NCBI GenBank assembly: GCA_963801355.1
Contig: CAWDEM010000004.1
Span: forward strand, 992,001-1,056,000
Length of the DNA: 64,000 bases
From: Ignavibacteriota bacterium
Lineage (GTDB): Bacteria; Bacteroidota; Ignavibacteria; UBA10030; UBA6906
Direction of reading: 5' to 3'
How positions within the stretch are numbered: the stretch's first letter is position 1; each line of letters opens with the position of its first letter. Of this stretch, positions 19,055-27,880 are shown one piece after another. A program made the translations under genes and the position numbers. Under the pieces are notes generated by a model. That model was given only the letters and a program-made list of their open reading frames with translations. It was not told the DNA's origin and did no database searches.

Positions 19055-20303
19055 AATAATGCTCCAAATCGCCGACCTCGGTGAAGCACTGCGTATGGCG
19101 CTGAGTGCGATTCGCACTTCCAAGCTCCGTTCACTCCTCACCCTCCTCGGCATCGCCGTGGGAGTCTTCTCTATCATATCCGTGATGACGGCTGTCGGCG
19201 TGTTGAAGAACAGCATTGAAGAGGGAATGACACAGCTCGGGGCAAACACGTTCCAGATTCAGAAATACCCGGCATTTCAGACGGGTCCGCATGACCACCG
19301 CAGGTTCCACAACAGGAAGGATATCACGTACGAGCAGGGACTGGAAGTACGCGAGAAAGCGACTCTTGCTGCGGCCGTGGGACTTGAGGTGTGGGAAAAC
19401 GGTAAGACCATGGTCTGGCGCGGAGCAAAGACAAATCCCAATGTCACCCTCCAGGGCGAAAACGTCGATGGCATTACGACCAACGATTGGATTGTGGAGA
19501 GTGGCCGGCCGCTCTCGAATACCGATATGGAATTGGCCCGTCCGGTGATCATACTCGGGCGCGCGGTTGTCGACAAACTCTTCCCCCCCAGTATTAATCC
19601 CATCGGGGAAACGGTCAGGATCGACGGCAATGTGTACCAGGTGATCGGCGTCTTTGCCAAAAAGGGAAGTGCGCTGGGCGGTAATCAGGACAGTTTTGGG
19701 GCGATTCCGATTAGCACGTACATGGACAACTACGGAAGGCACCGCCGGAGCGTCAACATCATGGTCAAGGCTCTCAACAACGAAGTGCTGGATGAGGCGA
19801 TCGAGCAGGCCCGCTCGATCCTCCGGACTGCGCGGAAAGTGGCACCGGGCGACGAGGACGATTTTGCGTGGTTCTCCAACGATTCCCTCATCAAGCAGTT
19901 CAACGACTTCACCCTGTACCTGCGGATGGGCGTGCTCCTGGTGAGCTCGATTGCCCTGCTTGCTGCGGGTGTGGGCATCATGAACATCATGCTGGTCTCG
20001 GTGACGGAGCGGACGCGCGAGATCGGGATCCGGAAAGCCATCGGCGCGCAGCGGAGCGACATTCTCCAGCAATTTATTATTGAAGCCGTCCTCCTGTCAG
20101 AACTCGGCGGACTCATCGGGATCGTGTTCGGCATTCTCGGCGGCAATGTCGTAGGATTGCTTCTGGAAGTGCCGGCAATCATTCCATGGGACTGGGCGAT
20201 GATCGGACTCGTGAGCTGTTCCGTCGTTGGACTCGTGTTTGGCGTCTATCCTGCATGGAAGGCGGCGATGCTCGATCCGATCGAGGCGCTTCGCTATGAA
20301 TAG
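19047..20303 (+). CDS. MacB/FtsX-type ABC permease 2
   Basis: LRSLLTLLGIAVGV, GIMNIMLVSVTERTREIGIRKAIGA, DPIEALRYE; start 19047 or 19059. Confidence 0.94.
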   Translation: MSRIMLQIADLGEALRMALSAIRTSKLRSLLTLLGIAVGVFSIISVMTAVGVLKNSIEEGMTQLGANTFQIQKYPAFQTGPHDHRRFHNRKDITYEQGLEVREKATLAAAVGLEVWENGKTMVWRGAKTNPNVTLQGENVDGITTNDWIVESGRPLSNTDMELARPVIILGRAVVDKLFPPSINPIGETVRIDGNVYQVIGVFAKKGSALGGNQDSFGAIPISTYMDNYGRHRRSVNIMVKALNNEVLDEAIEQARSILRTARKVAPGDEDDFAWFSNDSLIKQFNDFTLYLRMGVLLVSSIALLAAGVGIMNIMLVSVTERTREIGIRKAIGAQRSDILQQFIIEAVLLSELGGLIGIVFGILGGNVVGLLLEVPAIIPWDWAMIGLVSCSVVGLVFGVYPAWKAAMLDPIEALRYE

Positions 20304-20306
20304 TTG

Positions 20307-21845
20307 ATGAGATTCCCTCTCCCCGTCCTGGTTTTCCTGTCGCTGTTCGCGGGCGGCACTGTCGGTCCTCAGTTGCAGGCGCAACAGAAGATCGACAGTC
20401 CCGTTTTTAAACGGCCATCCCTCCCGCAGCCCCCGCTCCTGCGTACGTCCGATGTCCTTGACGACATCTGGCAGTCATTCCAGGTCTCACGAAAAGCGAA
20501 TGCCGGCGATCCGATTGCCCAGCATGAATTGGGGGTGCGATACATGATGGGCAAAGGGATCGAGGCGGACTCGGGCAAGGCCGCATATTGGTTCGGCAAA
20601 GCTGCGGCGCAAAACATGCTTTCCTCGCGGTTCAATCTCGGCATTCTTTCCTTCAATGGTTGGGGTGTGAACTGGAACCCCTTCGAGGCGTTCCGGGCTT
20701 TCCGCATCGCGGCGGAGGGTGACATGCCGGAAGCCGAATACATCCTGGGGCTGTTCTACGCGGAAAATATGGTTGTGCCCATCGACTTCGACAAAGCCCT
20801 GTACTGGGTGCGCAAGGCCGCTGCCTCCGGTTCACGTGCGGCCAGGGAAAGTCTTCCGGAGCTCGAGCGCTCGGCCAGTCGCTTCGCCGCGCGTCGTGCC
20901 GCAGATGCCGAGACCATGCATCAGGTTCCCGTTCTCCCTGTCGGGATCGTCGACACGTCAACGGTGCCCGGGGAAGGAATGATGTTGCACGCCGCTCTGC
21001 TGGGCTCCGATCCGGATATGCGTCGCGCGCTCGGGTTGTCGAAGATGCTTGACACCGACCTGCAGGTCGATTCCATGGGTGTGCACGCACTCCGCCGGGC
21101 TGCTGATGTGGGAAGCCCGGAAGCACTGGCCCTCGTGGGGAAGTGTGCCGAGCAGGGCCTGGGAGTCCCCCGTGACGACATCACCGCTATTGCCGCATAC
21201 GTGCGCGCTGCACGGATGGGGTCTCCCCGCGCCGGAGAACTCCTGAACGCCATTCTGGCCAAGCCCGGCGTTGTGCAGGCGTTGAAGACCCGTGCGCGCC
21301 GCGACGAGCCGGAAGCCATGTGCGCCTGGAGCGCGCTACATGCGTTGGGATTCACAGGAGCCCTGTCTCAGGCACAAGCTCTTCTCACGCCGGCACAGGC
21401 CGTGCAGCTGCTCAAGAAGGCTGCCGACCGGGACCATGTCCCCGCGCTCATCGAGCTGGGACTCTGGTATTTCACCGGGCGGTGGGTCGGCATGGATGCC
21501 GCACATGCCCAAGAACTCTGGGAGAAGGCAGCAGCACTGGGAAGCAGGGAAGCGGAGCTGAGGCTTGCCGCGATACGCCTGCGCGCGGAGCAGGATTCCG
21601 CCGGGGTCGCCCGGGATCTGGCCACGGTGCTCCGGGGGATGGAAGACGGCAGCGTCCTTGCGGAAGTGGCGCTCGGATATTGTTACGAATCCGGACGCGG
21701 CATGTCCCCCCGCATCGCCGAAGCCGTCCGGCTCTATCGAGTCGCCGCGCGCCGCGGCAGTCTTGATGCCTACCGGGCGCTCCGGCGCCTGCACGACGAG
21801 CGCCGACCGCAGGACGTGGAATTTGTCATTCGTGAGGAGGAGTGA
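20307..21845 (+). CDS. Exported Sel1-repeat protein
   Basis: Signal peptide; repeats such as AQHELGVRYMMGKG...KAAYWFGKAA and LGYCYESGRG. Confidence 0.85.
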   Translation: MRFPLPVLVFLSLFAGGTVGPQLQAQQKIDSPVFKRPSLPQPPLLRTSDVLDDIWQSFQVSRKANAGDPIAQHELGVRYMMGKGIEADSGKAAYWFGKAAAQNMLSSRFNLGILSFNGWGVNWNPFEAFRAFRIAAEGDMPEAEYILGLFYAENMVVPIDFDKALYWVRKAAASGSRAARESLPELERSASRFAARRAADAETMHQVPVLPVGIVDTSTVPGEGMMLHAALLGSDPDMRRALGLSKMLDTDLQVDSMGVHALRRAADVGSPEALALVGKCAEQGLGVPRDDITAIAAYVRAARMGSPRAGELLNAILAKPGVVQALKTRARRDEPEAMCAWSALHALGFTGALSQAQALLTPAQAVQLLKKAADRDHVPALIELGLWYFTGRWVGMDAAHAQELWEKAAALGSREAELRLAAIRLRAEQDSAGVARDLATVLRGMEDGSVLAEVALGYCYESGRGMSPRIAEAVRLYRVAARRGSLDAYRALRRLHDERRPQDVEFVIREEE

Positions 21846-23445
21846 CCGTCGCCGGTCCAGGTCCGTCCAGAACCTTCCTGATAGTCTCCAGCATGTCGGC
21901 CACAGTGTAGGGTTTGAAGACCACCCCCTGCGCGCCAAGACCGAGCAACTCCTCCGATCGTTCCTTCCGCACGTAGCCGGTGCTGAACACCACCTTCAGC
22001 CCTGGATCCCGCTGCCGCAACGAGATGAGAACCTCATCGCCGGCCAGTTTGGGCAACCCGAGGTCCAGTAGCACAAGGTCAATGGTCTCACGGTGTTCAT
22101 CGTACACGCGGAGTGCTTCCTCGCCGTCATTCGCAAAGAGGACGGAATACCCCGTCCGTGTCAACACCTCCCTCACGAGCGTTCTGAGCATCTCTTCATC
22201 TTCCACGACAAGAATTGTCTCGGGACCGCCTTGAGGTGATGCACTGACGGAGGTATCCGCTGCAACAGAACCCGCCTCGGGATTTTCTGCGGGAAAGAAG
22301 AGGGAGATCGACGTCCCCTCGCCGGGCTTGCTGTTCACATCGATGAAGCCTTTGTGGCTGGTGACAATGCCATACACAACGGACAGCCCGAGACCCGTGA
22401 AGGTGGCGCGGTCCCGGGTGGTGAAGAACGGTTCAAAGATGTGCCGCCGGGTCTCATCGTCCATGCCCTCGCCCGTATCCTCAATCGTGATCTTCACGTA
22501 CGGAATATCCTGGAGGTTAGGGAACCGCCCCCGCAGAGATGCGCTGTTGACCGTCTGGGTCGCAATGGTGATCGTTCCGCCCTGGGGCATTGCATCGCGC
22601 GCATTCAAGAGCACGTTCAGCAACGCTTGATGCAGCTGGTTCTGCTCGGCGGACACCCTCGGCCGGAAGGGATCCAGACGCTGGACAAACGTGATCGTCT
22701 TCGGAAAGACTTCAATGACCATGCTCATGAGGTCCTCCAGCATGGTATTCACATCCACGGTCGCATACTGGAGATTGGATTTCGTGGTGACGCCAATGAG
22801 CTGCTGGATGAGCCCCGCACCGCGCCTGACGGCCTGGTTGATGGCGTGGACGCTCTGCATCACTTTTGCAGGATCATCCGGACACCGCTCAAGCCGTGAT
22901 GCGTAGCCCATCACGATGGCGAGGATGTTGTTCAGATTATGGGCCAGGCCCACCACGAGCGTACCGATCGACTCCATCTTTTGTGATTGCAACAGCTGCG
23001 CCTCGAGCCCGCGTCGTTCCTGGTCCATCGATCCCTTGTACAACGCCATCTCAATCGTGGTTCTCAGCTCGCTGTCTTCAAACGGCTTGAGAAGGTATCC
23101 AAAGGGTTCGGTGACCTTTGCGCGCTCCACGGTGGACTGGTCGGCATAGGCTGACAGATAGATGATCGGGATGTTATGGTTTCTCCGGATCGTATCGGCC
23201 GCCTGGATGCCGTCCATCGTTCCTTCCAGCCTGATATCCATCAAGACGAGATCCGGATGATGTTCGTCCGCCGCGCGGATTGCGTCATCTCCCGTCGACA
23301 CAATTGCGGCGACGCGGTACCCCATCCTCCGCAGGCGGGAGCGCAGATCTCCTGCGACGATCCGTTCATCTTCAACGATCAGGACCTGCACCGGTTGCGT
23401 GAGACCAGGCGAGGTGCCGGCCGATGGGGCCTGTGGTGGTGTCAT
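21826..23445 (-). CDS. Hybrid REC-HisKA-HATPase-REC protein (CckA-like architecture) with atypical H and G2 boxes
   Basis: LIVEDE/LVLMDI/LLKPF receiver; AHNLNN H box; NARDAM, DTGEGM, EPFFTT, FTGLGL; C-terminal receiver; ATGA overlap with the upstream gene. Confidence 0.88.
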   Translation of the reverse strand: MTPPQAPSAGTSPGLTQPVQVLIVEDERIVAGDLRSRLRRMGYRVAAIVSTGDDAIRAADEHHPDLVLMDIRLEGTMDGIQAADTIRRNHNIPIIYLSAYADQSTVERAKVTEPFGYLLKPFEDSELRTTIEMALYKGSMDQERRGLEAQLLQSQKMESIGTLVVGLAHNLNNILAIVMGYASRLERCPDDPAKVMQSVHAINQAVRRGAGLIQQLIGVTTKSNLQYATVDVNTMLEDLMSMVIEVFPKTITFVQRLDPFRPRVSAEQNQLHQALLNVLLNARDAMPQGGTITIATQTVNSASLRGRFPNLQDIPYVKITIEDTGEGMDDETRRHIFEPFFTTRDRATFTGLGLSVVYGIVTSHKGFIDVNSKPGEGTSISLFFPAENPEAGSVAADTSVSASPQGGPETILVVEDEEMLRTLVREVLTRTGYSVLFANDGEEALRVYDEHRETIDLVLLDLGLPKLAGDEVLISLRQRDPGLKVVFSTGYVRKERSEELLGLGAQGVVFKPYTVADMLETIRKVLDGPGPATVTPPHE

Positions 23446-25157
23446 GCTTTCATCCGCCGGCCTTTTTCTTCGAAGGTGAAGAGCCATCCGCATATCTTGC
23501 CGGGATCGATTTCGGTGAGATTCTTCCAGTACTCCCGGTTATACATCGTGCGCGAACTGGTTTCGTCGTCCGGCAGGCTCTCCACATGTCTGATCATCTG
23601 GCTGAACCGCTCGCGCCACAGTTTCATGTTCTTGACGCGCAGATCCACCCACCCGTCATGGGCCCACTGGTCGATGCGTTTCGCCGTGAGAGGGATTTCC
23701 TGTTCGCCCCGCGGAGGGGGGATCTTGATCGTCGAACCCCGTACCAGTGACACGCCATCGGGAAGGAGAATGGGGATGCCGATGGAAATAATCTGCGCAC
23801 GGAGTTGATCGTCGGCCTGGATCAGGTCAAGCAGGCGTTTGCTGAGGATACCGGCATCGGTCCGGGCGACCGTCCGGACATCCCCGAAACACACTTTGAG
23901 AAGGTAGGCCTCGTACAGTAATTTGGAGAGACGCGGCGGACCGAGTATTTCGAATGCCACCGAATCGACGCCGTGTTGTTGTTCAAGTTTCTTCATGGCG
24001 GCCAGCGCGCTGTTGAACATGTACCCGGCGCGGTAGGTCGGCGACAGCGTCGCGTTGTCCAGTGCGTTGATGATGTCGTGTCCCGTGTTGCCCGCTCTGA
24101 TTTCGAACACCGCATTCTCGGCGATTTCCTCGGGTGTTACGAATTCCATCTGGCCGGGCGTGGAGATCGCCTCGAATTCCCCGCGGGAGAACGATCCGTT
24201 CTCGCCCGTGTCAATGAACACCGAACGCAAGGTGTCGCCGCGCGGCCGCGCAACGTTGGGCACGGTCAGTGTGAGCGCCTTCTTCAGCTTCACCGCACTC
24301 GAGATCGGGCAATCCTCAAGGGGGATCGGCTTGCCGCGCCGCTTGATCTCACCGTAGCCGATGCCCTTCCACGCGATCGCTGCCGTGGGCTTGATCTCTT
24401 TCGTGATCGGTGCGTCGGGCGTACGGCCCATTAGGAAGAGTAACAGCGTGTGGGCGCCGGCAATCGCCGACTTCGAAAGCAGGACCCTCGATGGCCTTTC
24501 CTCACTGTGCGTGTAGGGGATATTCAGTCCCATCCCCCCCGTACCACTTGTCCCGATCTTCACATAGATCTTCGCCCCCGCCAGCTGCATGGACCGGTAC
24601 ATCAGCTGCACATGACGGATCAATTGCGGCACATAGAGCGTGCAGAGGAGCTTTTCCGTCGCATCCACCAGATGCTCCGGCGGCACACCGCGTGTACCAC
24701 GTACATCCTTGAGGGCTTTCACAACCCGCCGCGACGTCTGGTAGATGTCCTGATACGCGATCCCCGTCGCTGAATTGACACAGTCCACTACAATGTCCGG
24801 TTTGTATCGCTGCATCAGGCGATACAGTGTGGACCGCTGCAGCACCGGCCCCGACAGCTCCTCGAGGATGTCTTCCATGATCATCGTGCGGTATCGATGA
24901 CTCGCGAGGATCTTCTCCCGGGGCATGTCTTTGAGTTCTTCACGGACAAAGATGTTCCCCCACCAGGGAACGAACATCCTCGGATTGACGTCGGGATAGG
25001 ATTTGCGGAGCGCGGCAACCGCCTCATGGGCTTCACGCTCTGTAAGGGAAGTGACTACCAGACGACGGGGGTGCTCTTCCATGAACTTACGGCAGACGGC
25101 GGAACCGACGAGCCCCCAACCACCGATGACCAGCACGCATTTGCCCTTGATGTCCAT
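23442..25157 (-). CDS. Large Rossmann-fold / short-chain-dehydrogenase-like protein of unknown function
   Basis: N-terminal VLVIGGWGLVG dinucleotide-binding motif, KPDIVVDCVNSA, VKIGTSGTGGMG. Confidence 0.65.
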   Translation of the reverse strand: MDIKGKCVLVIGGWGLVGSAVCRKFMEEHPRRLVVTSLTEREAHEAVAALRKSYPDVNPRMFVPWWGNIFVREELKDMPREKILASHRYRTMIMEDILEELSGPVLQRSTLYRLMQRYKPDIVVDCVNSATGIAYQDIYQTSRRVVKALKDVRGTRGVPPEHLVDATEKLLCTLYVPQLIRHVQLMYRSMQLAGAKIYVKIGTSGTGGMGLNIPYTHSEERPSRVLLSKSAIAGAHTLLLFLMGRTPDAPITKEIKPTAAIAWKGIGYGEIKRRGKPIPLEDCPISSAVKLKKALTLTVPNVARPRGDTLRSVFIDTGENGSFSRGEFEAISTPGQMEFVTPEEIAENAVFEIRAGNTGHDIINALDNATLSPTYRAGYMFNSALAAMKKLEQQHGVDSVAFEILGPPRLSKLLYEAYLLKVCFGDVRTVARTDAGILSKRLLDLIQADDQLRAQIISIGIPILLPDGVSLVRGSTIKIPPPRGEQEIPLTAKRIDQWAHDGWVDLRVKNMKLWRERFSQMIRHVESLPDDETSSRTMYNREYWKNLTEIDPGKICGWLFTFEEKGRRMKA

Positions 25158-25192
25158 ACAGGTTCCCGGAATGGAAGGTGTTGTTCAGGATG

Positions 25193-26185
25193 TCAGCGCC
25201 GGGAGTTCAATATGACGCCATACGTGCGTTCGGCCCAGCCCAGTTTCAGCCAGACAGAATGGGCATCCCGGGGTTCAAACCAGATCCGGAACGGATCCAC
25301 CTGGCTGTCCTGTTTCTGCAGCTTCATGGGAATTCTGGCCAGATCGAGCGCCGGGTCATAGTTGGGCGGTGTGCCTCCCGGTCGTTTGCTGACAATCAGC
25401 GTGAAGATGCCTTCTGAGGGGAGCGAATACAGCGTGTAGGCACCTTTGGGAATCCTTGCGCCACCTGCCCGAAGATCCACTTCTGTTTCGAACGAAGTCG
25501 CCAGGTTCGCACCGGTCCGCCAGACCGAATCCCACGGTACGACAACTCCCCAGATGCTTCTCCCGCGGGCGTAGGGTTTGCTGTACTTGACACGCAGACG
25601 TTTGTTGTCGAGCGTTATCGAAGAAGAATCTGCCGGGCTGATCGGACGGATCTTCGTATTCTTTTCAAAGGGGACCGCGATCAGGGTGTTTTCCCACATC
25701 AGCATAAAGAGGCCTGATGTCTTCCCCGTGGGTTCGAGAGCGACCGTCAATGTCTCAACCGGCGAAGGAGGACTCTTCGGCATGGCGTCCAACCTCGCGA
25801 GATCCAGCCGCTCATCGTAGTTGGTTCCCCATTGACCGGTCTGTTTGTTCAGAATGATCTTCCAGCCTGACTGTGACGGAAGCGTCCAGAGGGTGTACAA
25901 GCCACGTGGTACGGGCACGCCGCCGAAGGTCATATCGAAATTCGTCCTCAGGTGAGTGGCCTGGTTTGCTCCGGTCCGCCAGACTTTGTTCCATGGAACG
26001 AGGTCTCCCATGATCTTCCGTCCCCGCATCGAAGGGCGGCCGTAGTTCACGGAGATGACATTGGTGTCCAGGGTCAGGAACACGGAATCCCGAGGACTCA
26101 GTATCTTGCGTTCCTGGGCGGGCAGTTCGCTGAAGAGAATGGCGGGGATCAGGAACAGGACTGCTGCACAAAGCACAGTACGCAT
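25193..26185 (-). CDS. Exported protein with two tandem DUF2911 domains
   Basis: Signal peptide; SP..S / Y.RP..RGR.I.G.LVPW..VWRTGAN.AT / G.YTL..LP unit present twice. Confidence 0.85.
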   Translation of the reverse strand: MRTVLCAAVLFLIPAILFSELPAQERKILSPRDSVFLTLDTNVISVNYGRPSMRGRKIMGDLVPWNKVWRTGANQATHLRTNFDMTFGGVPVPRGLYTLWTLPSQSGWKIILNKQTGQWGTNYDERLDLARLDAMPKSPPSPVETLTVALEPTGKTSGLFMLMWENTLIAVPFEKNTKIRPISPADSSSITLDNKRLRVKYSKPYARGRSIWGVVVPWDSVWRTGANLATSFETEVDLRAGGARIPKGAYTLYSLPSEGIFTLIVSKRPGGTPPNYDPALDLARIPMKLQKQDSQVDPFRIWFEPRDAHSVWLKLGWAERTYGVILNSRR

Positions 26186-26202
26186 ACAAACTCCTTTCGG
26201 TC

Positions 26203-26532
26203 TCAGATTCTTTCTACGACAACCGCTGTCCCGTATGCGAGGACCTCGGTGACGCCGGCCATCACGTCGTTGGCATCGTAGCGCATCCCGACGACAGCGT
26301 TGGCACCGAGAGCCTCGGCATGCTGCACCATGGAGCTGAACGCCTCCTGCCTGGTCTTCTCACAGAGCTCCTGGAGGAGGGAAATATTACCGCCGAATAT
26401 CGTCTGAATGCCCGCACCCACAGTGCCCAGGATGGAACGGGAGCGGACGGTGATCCCCCGGACGATGCCGAGGTTCCGCACAGTCCGGTAGCCGTCAAGA
26501 GTAAACGCCGTCGTCACGAAGGAATGTTCCAT
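26203..26532 (-). CDS. YbjQ/UPF0145 family protein
   Basis: [16 protein letters not shown]...[22 protein letters not shown]; alternative GTG start at 26541. Confidence 0.9.
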   Translation of the reverse strand: MEHSFVTTAFTLDGYRTVRNLGIVRGITVRSRSILGTVGAGIQTIFGGNISLLQELCEKTRQEAFSSMVQHAEALGANAVVGMRYDANDVMAGVTEVLAYGTAVVVERI

Positions 26533-26537
26533 CGAGT

Positions 26538-27548
26538 TCACTTGAACTTGATCGATTGGATGACCTTGTCGTACGTGGCAAGGTATTGCTGACGCTGGGG
26601 TTTGTACCAGTCCATGGTCACACGATAGACCTTGTCATCCTTTACCGCGAAATAGAACCGGCGCTCCACTTCTCTCGTCGGTGCATACGTCAGGGTGACC
26701 GCAGGGAGTCCGCCGACCGTCGCCTTGCCCGAGGCAGCGCCCGGATATTTGCCTTTGTTTTGAGCGACGACTTTGTCGACTGTCAGACCCTTGGCGCCGA
26801 ACACGTGGAAGAGAATGGAACAATCCTGGCGAACGCCCCGGAGACCCAGCGCCATGTCGTTGGTTCCTTTCGAGACGTCGACGAAGTTGAAGTTCTCCGG
26901 ATACTGGAATGAGAAGAGCTTTGTGTCATAGTTCGTGAAATTCTCGGAAGGCAGAGTCTCATCACGCCCCTTCTCCACCGGCTTCGCGAATTCAAAGCTT
27001 TTGGTGATTGCGTCGAAGATGAGGCTGTGAGCGGCATACTGATCACCGAAGCCCGCAAGAGTGATATCAAAGAGGAGAGTGTCGAGTGGAACGTAGATGT
27101 GCACCCCTTGTTCCTTCACCTGTTTACTCCAGCTGGCGGTGTACCCGACGGTCGCCGCCGGCTTGCCGCCCATGGTCGAGGCGACTTCCTGTGCGAGCAC
27201 CCGCCCGGAAGCCTTCATCTCTGAGATCAGCGTGGCCTTTTGCTGATCCGGCGCAGGTGTCTTGGTAACGTCCACGGCGATAATCACGCCATCGGCGTAA
27301 GCACCCGTGGGGTCAACGAAGCGCTGCACTGTCTCGTCAGAACTGTAGATCCGCGTCTTGCCAGCTTCGCTTTGATTTGTCCACCCCAACGGAAAACGCA
27401 GGCGGAACCCGTACTGCGGATCGCGGTACTCCTGCATCTCTCCGACGGCGATCGGAGTAACCGTCTTTTGTCCACCGCAACCGGCGATGAGCAGGCCGAC
27501 CAGCGCGACACAGGCGGTCATGCCAAGAATTCTGGCAGCACTCTTCAT
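26538..27548 (-). CDS. Lipoprotein with two PsbP/DcrB-like domains
   Basis: Lipobox LIAGC; repeated F...(F/Y)P..(W/F), (T/V)GG.PA and D....S..F units. Confidence 0.65.
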   Translation of the reverse strand: MKSAARILGMTACVALVGLLIAGCGGQKTVTPIAVGEMQEYRDPQYGFRLRFPLGWTNQSEAGKTRIYSSDETVQRFVDPTGAYADGVIIAVDVTKTPAPDQQKATLISEMKASGRVLAQEVASTMGGKPAATVGYTASWSKQVKEQGVHIYVPLDTLLFDITLAGFGDQYAAHSLIFDAITKSFEFAKPVEKGRDETLPSENFTNYDTKLFSFQYPENFNFVDVSKGTNDMALGLRGVRQDCSILFHVFGAKGLTVDKVVAQNKGKYPGAASGKATVGGLPAVTLTYAPTREVERRFYFAVKDDKVYRVTMDWYKPQRQQYLATYDKVIQSIKFK

Positions 27549-27600
27549 GACAGTTCCTCTGGATAATGAATGTTGGTGAAGCTCGTCACGGAATAGACGG

Positions 27601-27629
27601 AAGATAGGCAAAACAGATGACTTCCTCAA
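27601..27629 (-). promoter_or_regulatory. Sigma70-type promoter TTGAGG-N17-TATCTT for the lipoprotein-ybjQ-DUF2911-SDR-kinase operon
   Basis: Minus-strand hexamers with 17-nt spacer, about 50 nt upstream of ATG 27548. Confidence 0.55.
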
Positions 27630-27642
27630 CAGGATTGTGAAA

Positions 27643-27709
27643 GTATCGAATCGGTTGTAGCGAATGGGTTTATCGAATGGGGGTATCGAATCGGCTGGTA
27701 TCCAACTGG
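27643..27709. repeat. Five degenerate direct repeats with core TATCGAAT, 13-15 nt period
   Basis: GTATCGAATCGGTT GTAGCGAATGGGTT TATCGAATGGGG GTATCGAATCGGCTG GTATCCAACTGG. Confidence 0.75.
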
Positions 27710-27759
27710 AGGAGCGGGGGATGACGACCGGTTAATCAGAAATGAAAGGGCAGAAGGCA

Positions 27760-27783
27760 CAAGCCCGCCATCCGGCGGGCTTG
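27760..27783 (-). terminator. Perfect 10-bp hairpin downstream of the PDZ gene, probable terminator
   Basis: CAAGCCCGCC-ATCC-GGCGGGCTTG; minus-strand tail is pyrimidine-rich but not a clean U-run. Confidence 0.5.
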
Positions 27784-27880
27784 AGGAGGAATGGGGGATT
27801 GAGGAGCTCCAGCACGGGCCTGCTTCACTCCCTCAATCCCTGACCCATTCCCCGTGAATCGTGATGCTTCAGCACCCCGC

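Noticed and set aside
27643-27709. Repeat arrays here, at 9021 and at 34706 considered as mini-CRISPR arrays
   Set aside because: Units are 13-24 nt and adjacent, with no unique spacers and no cas genes in the window
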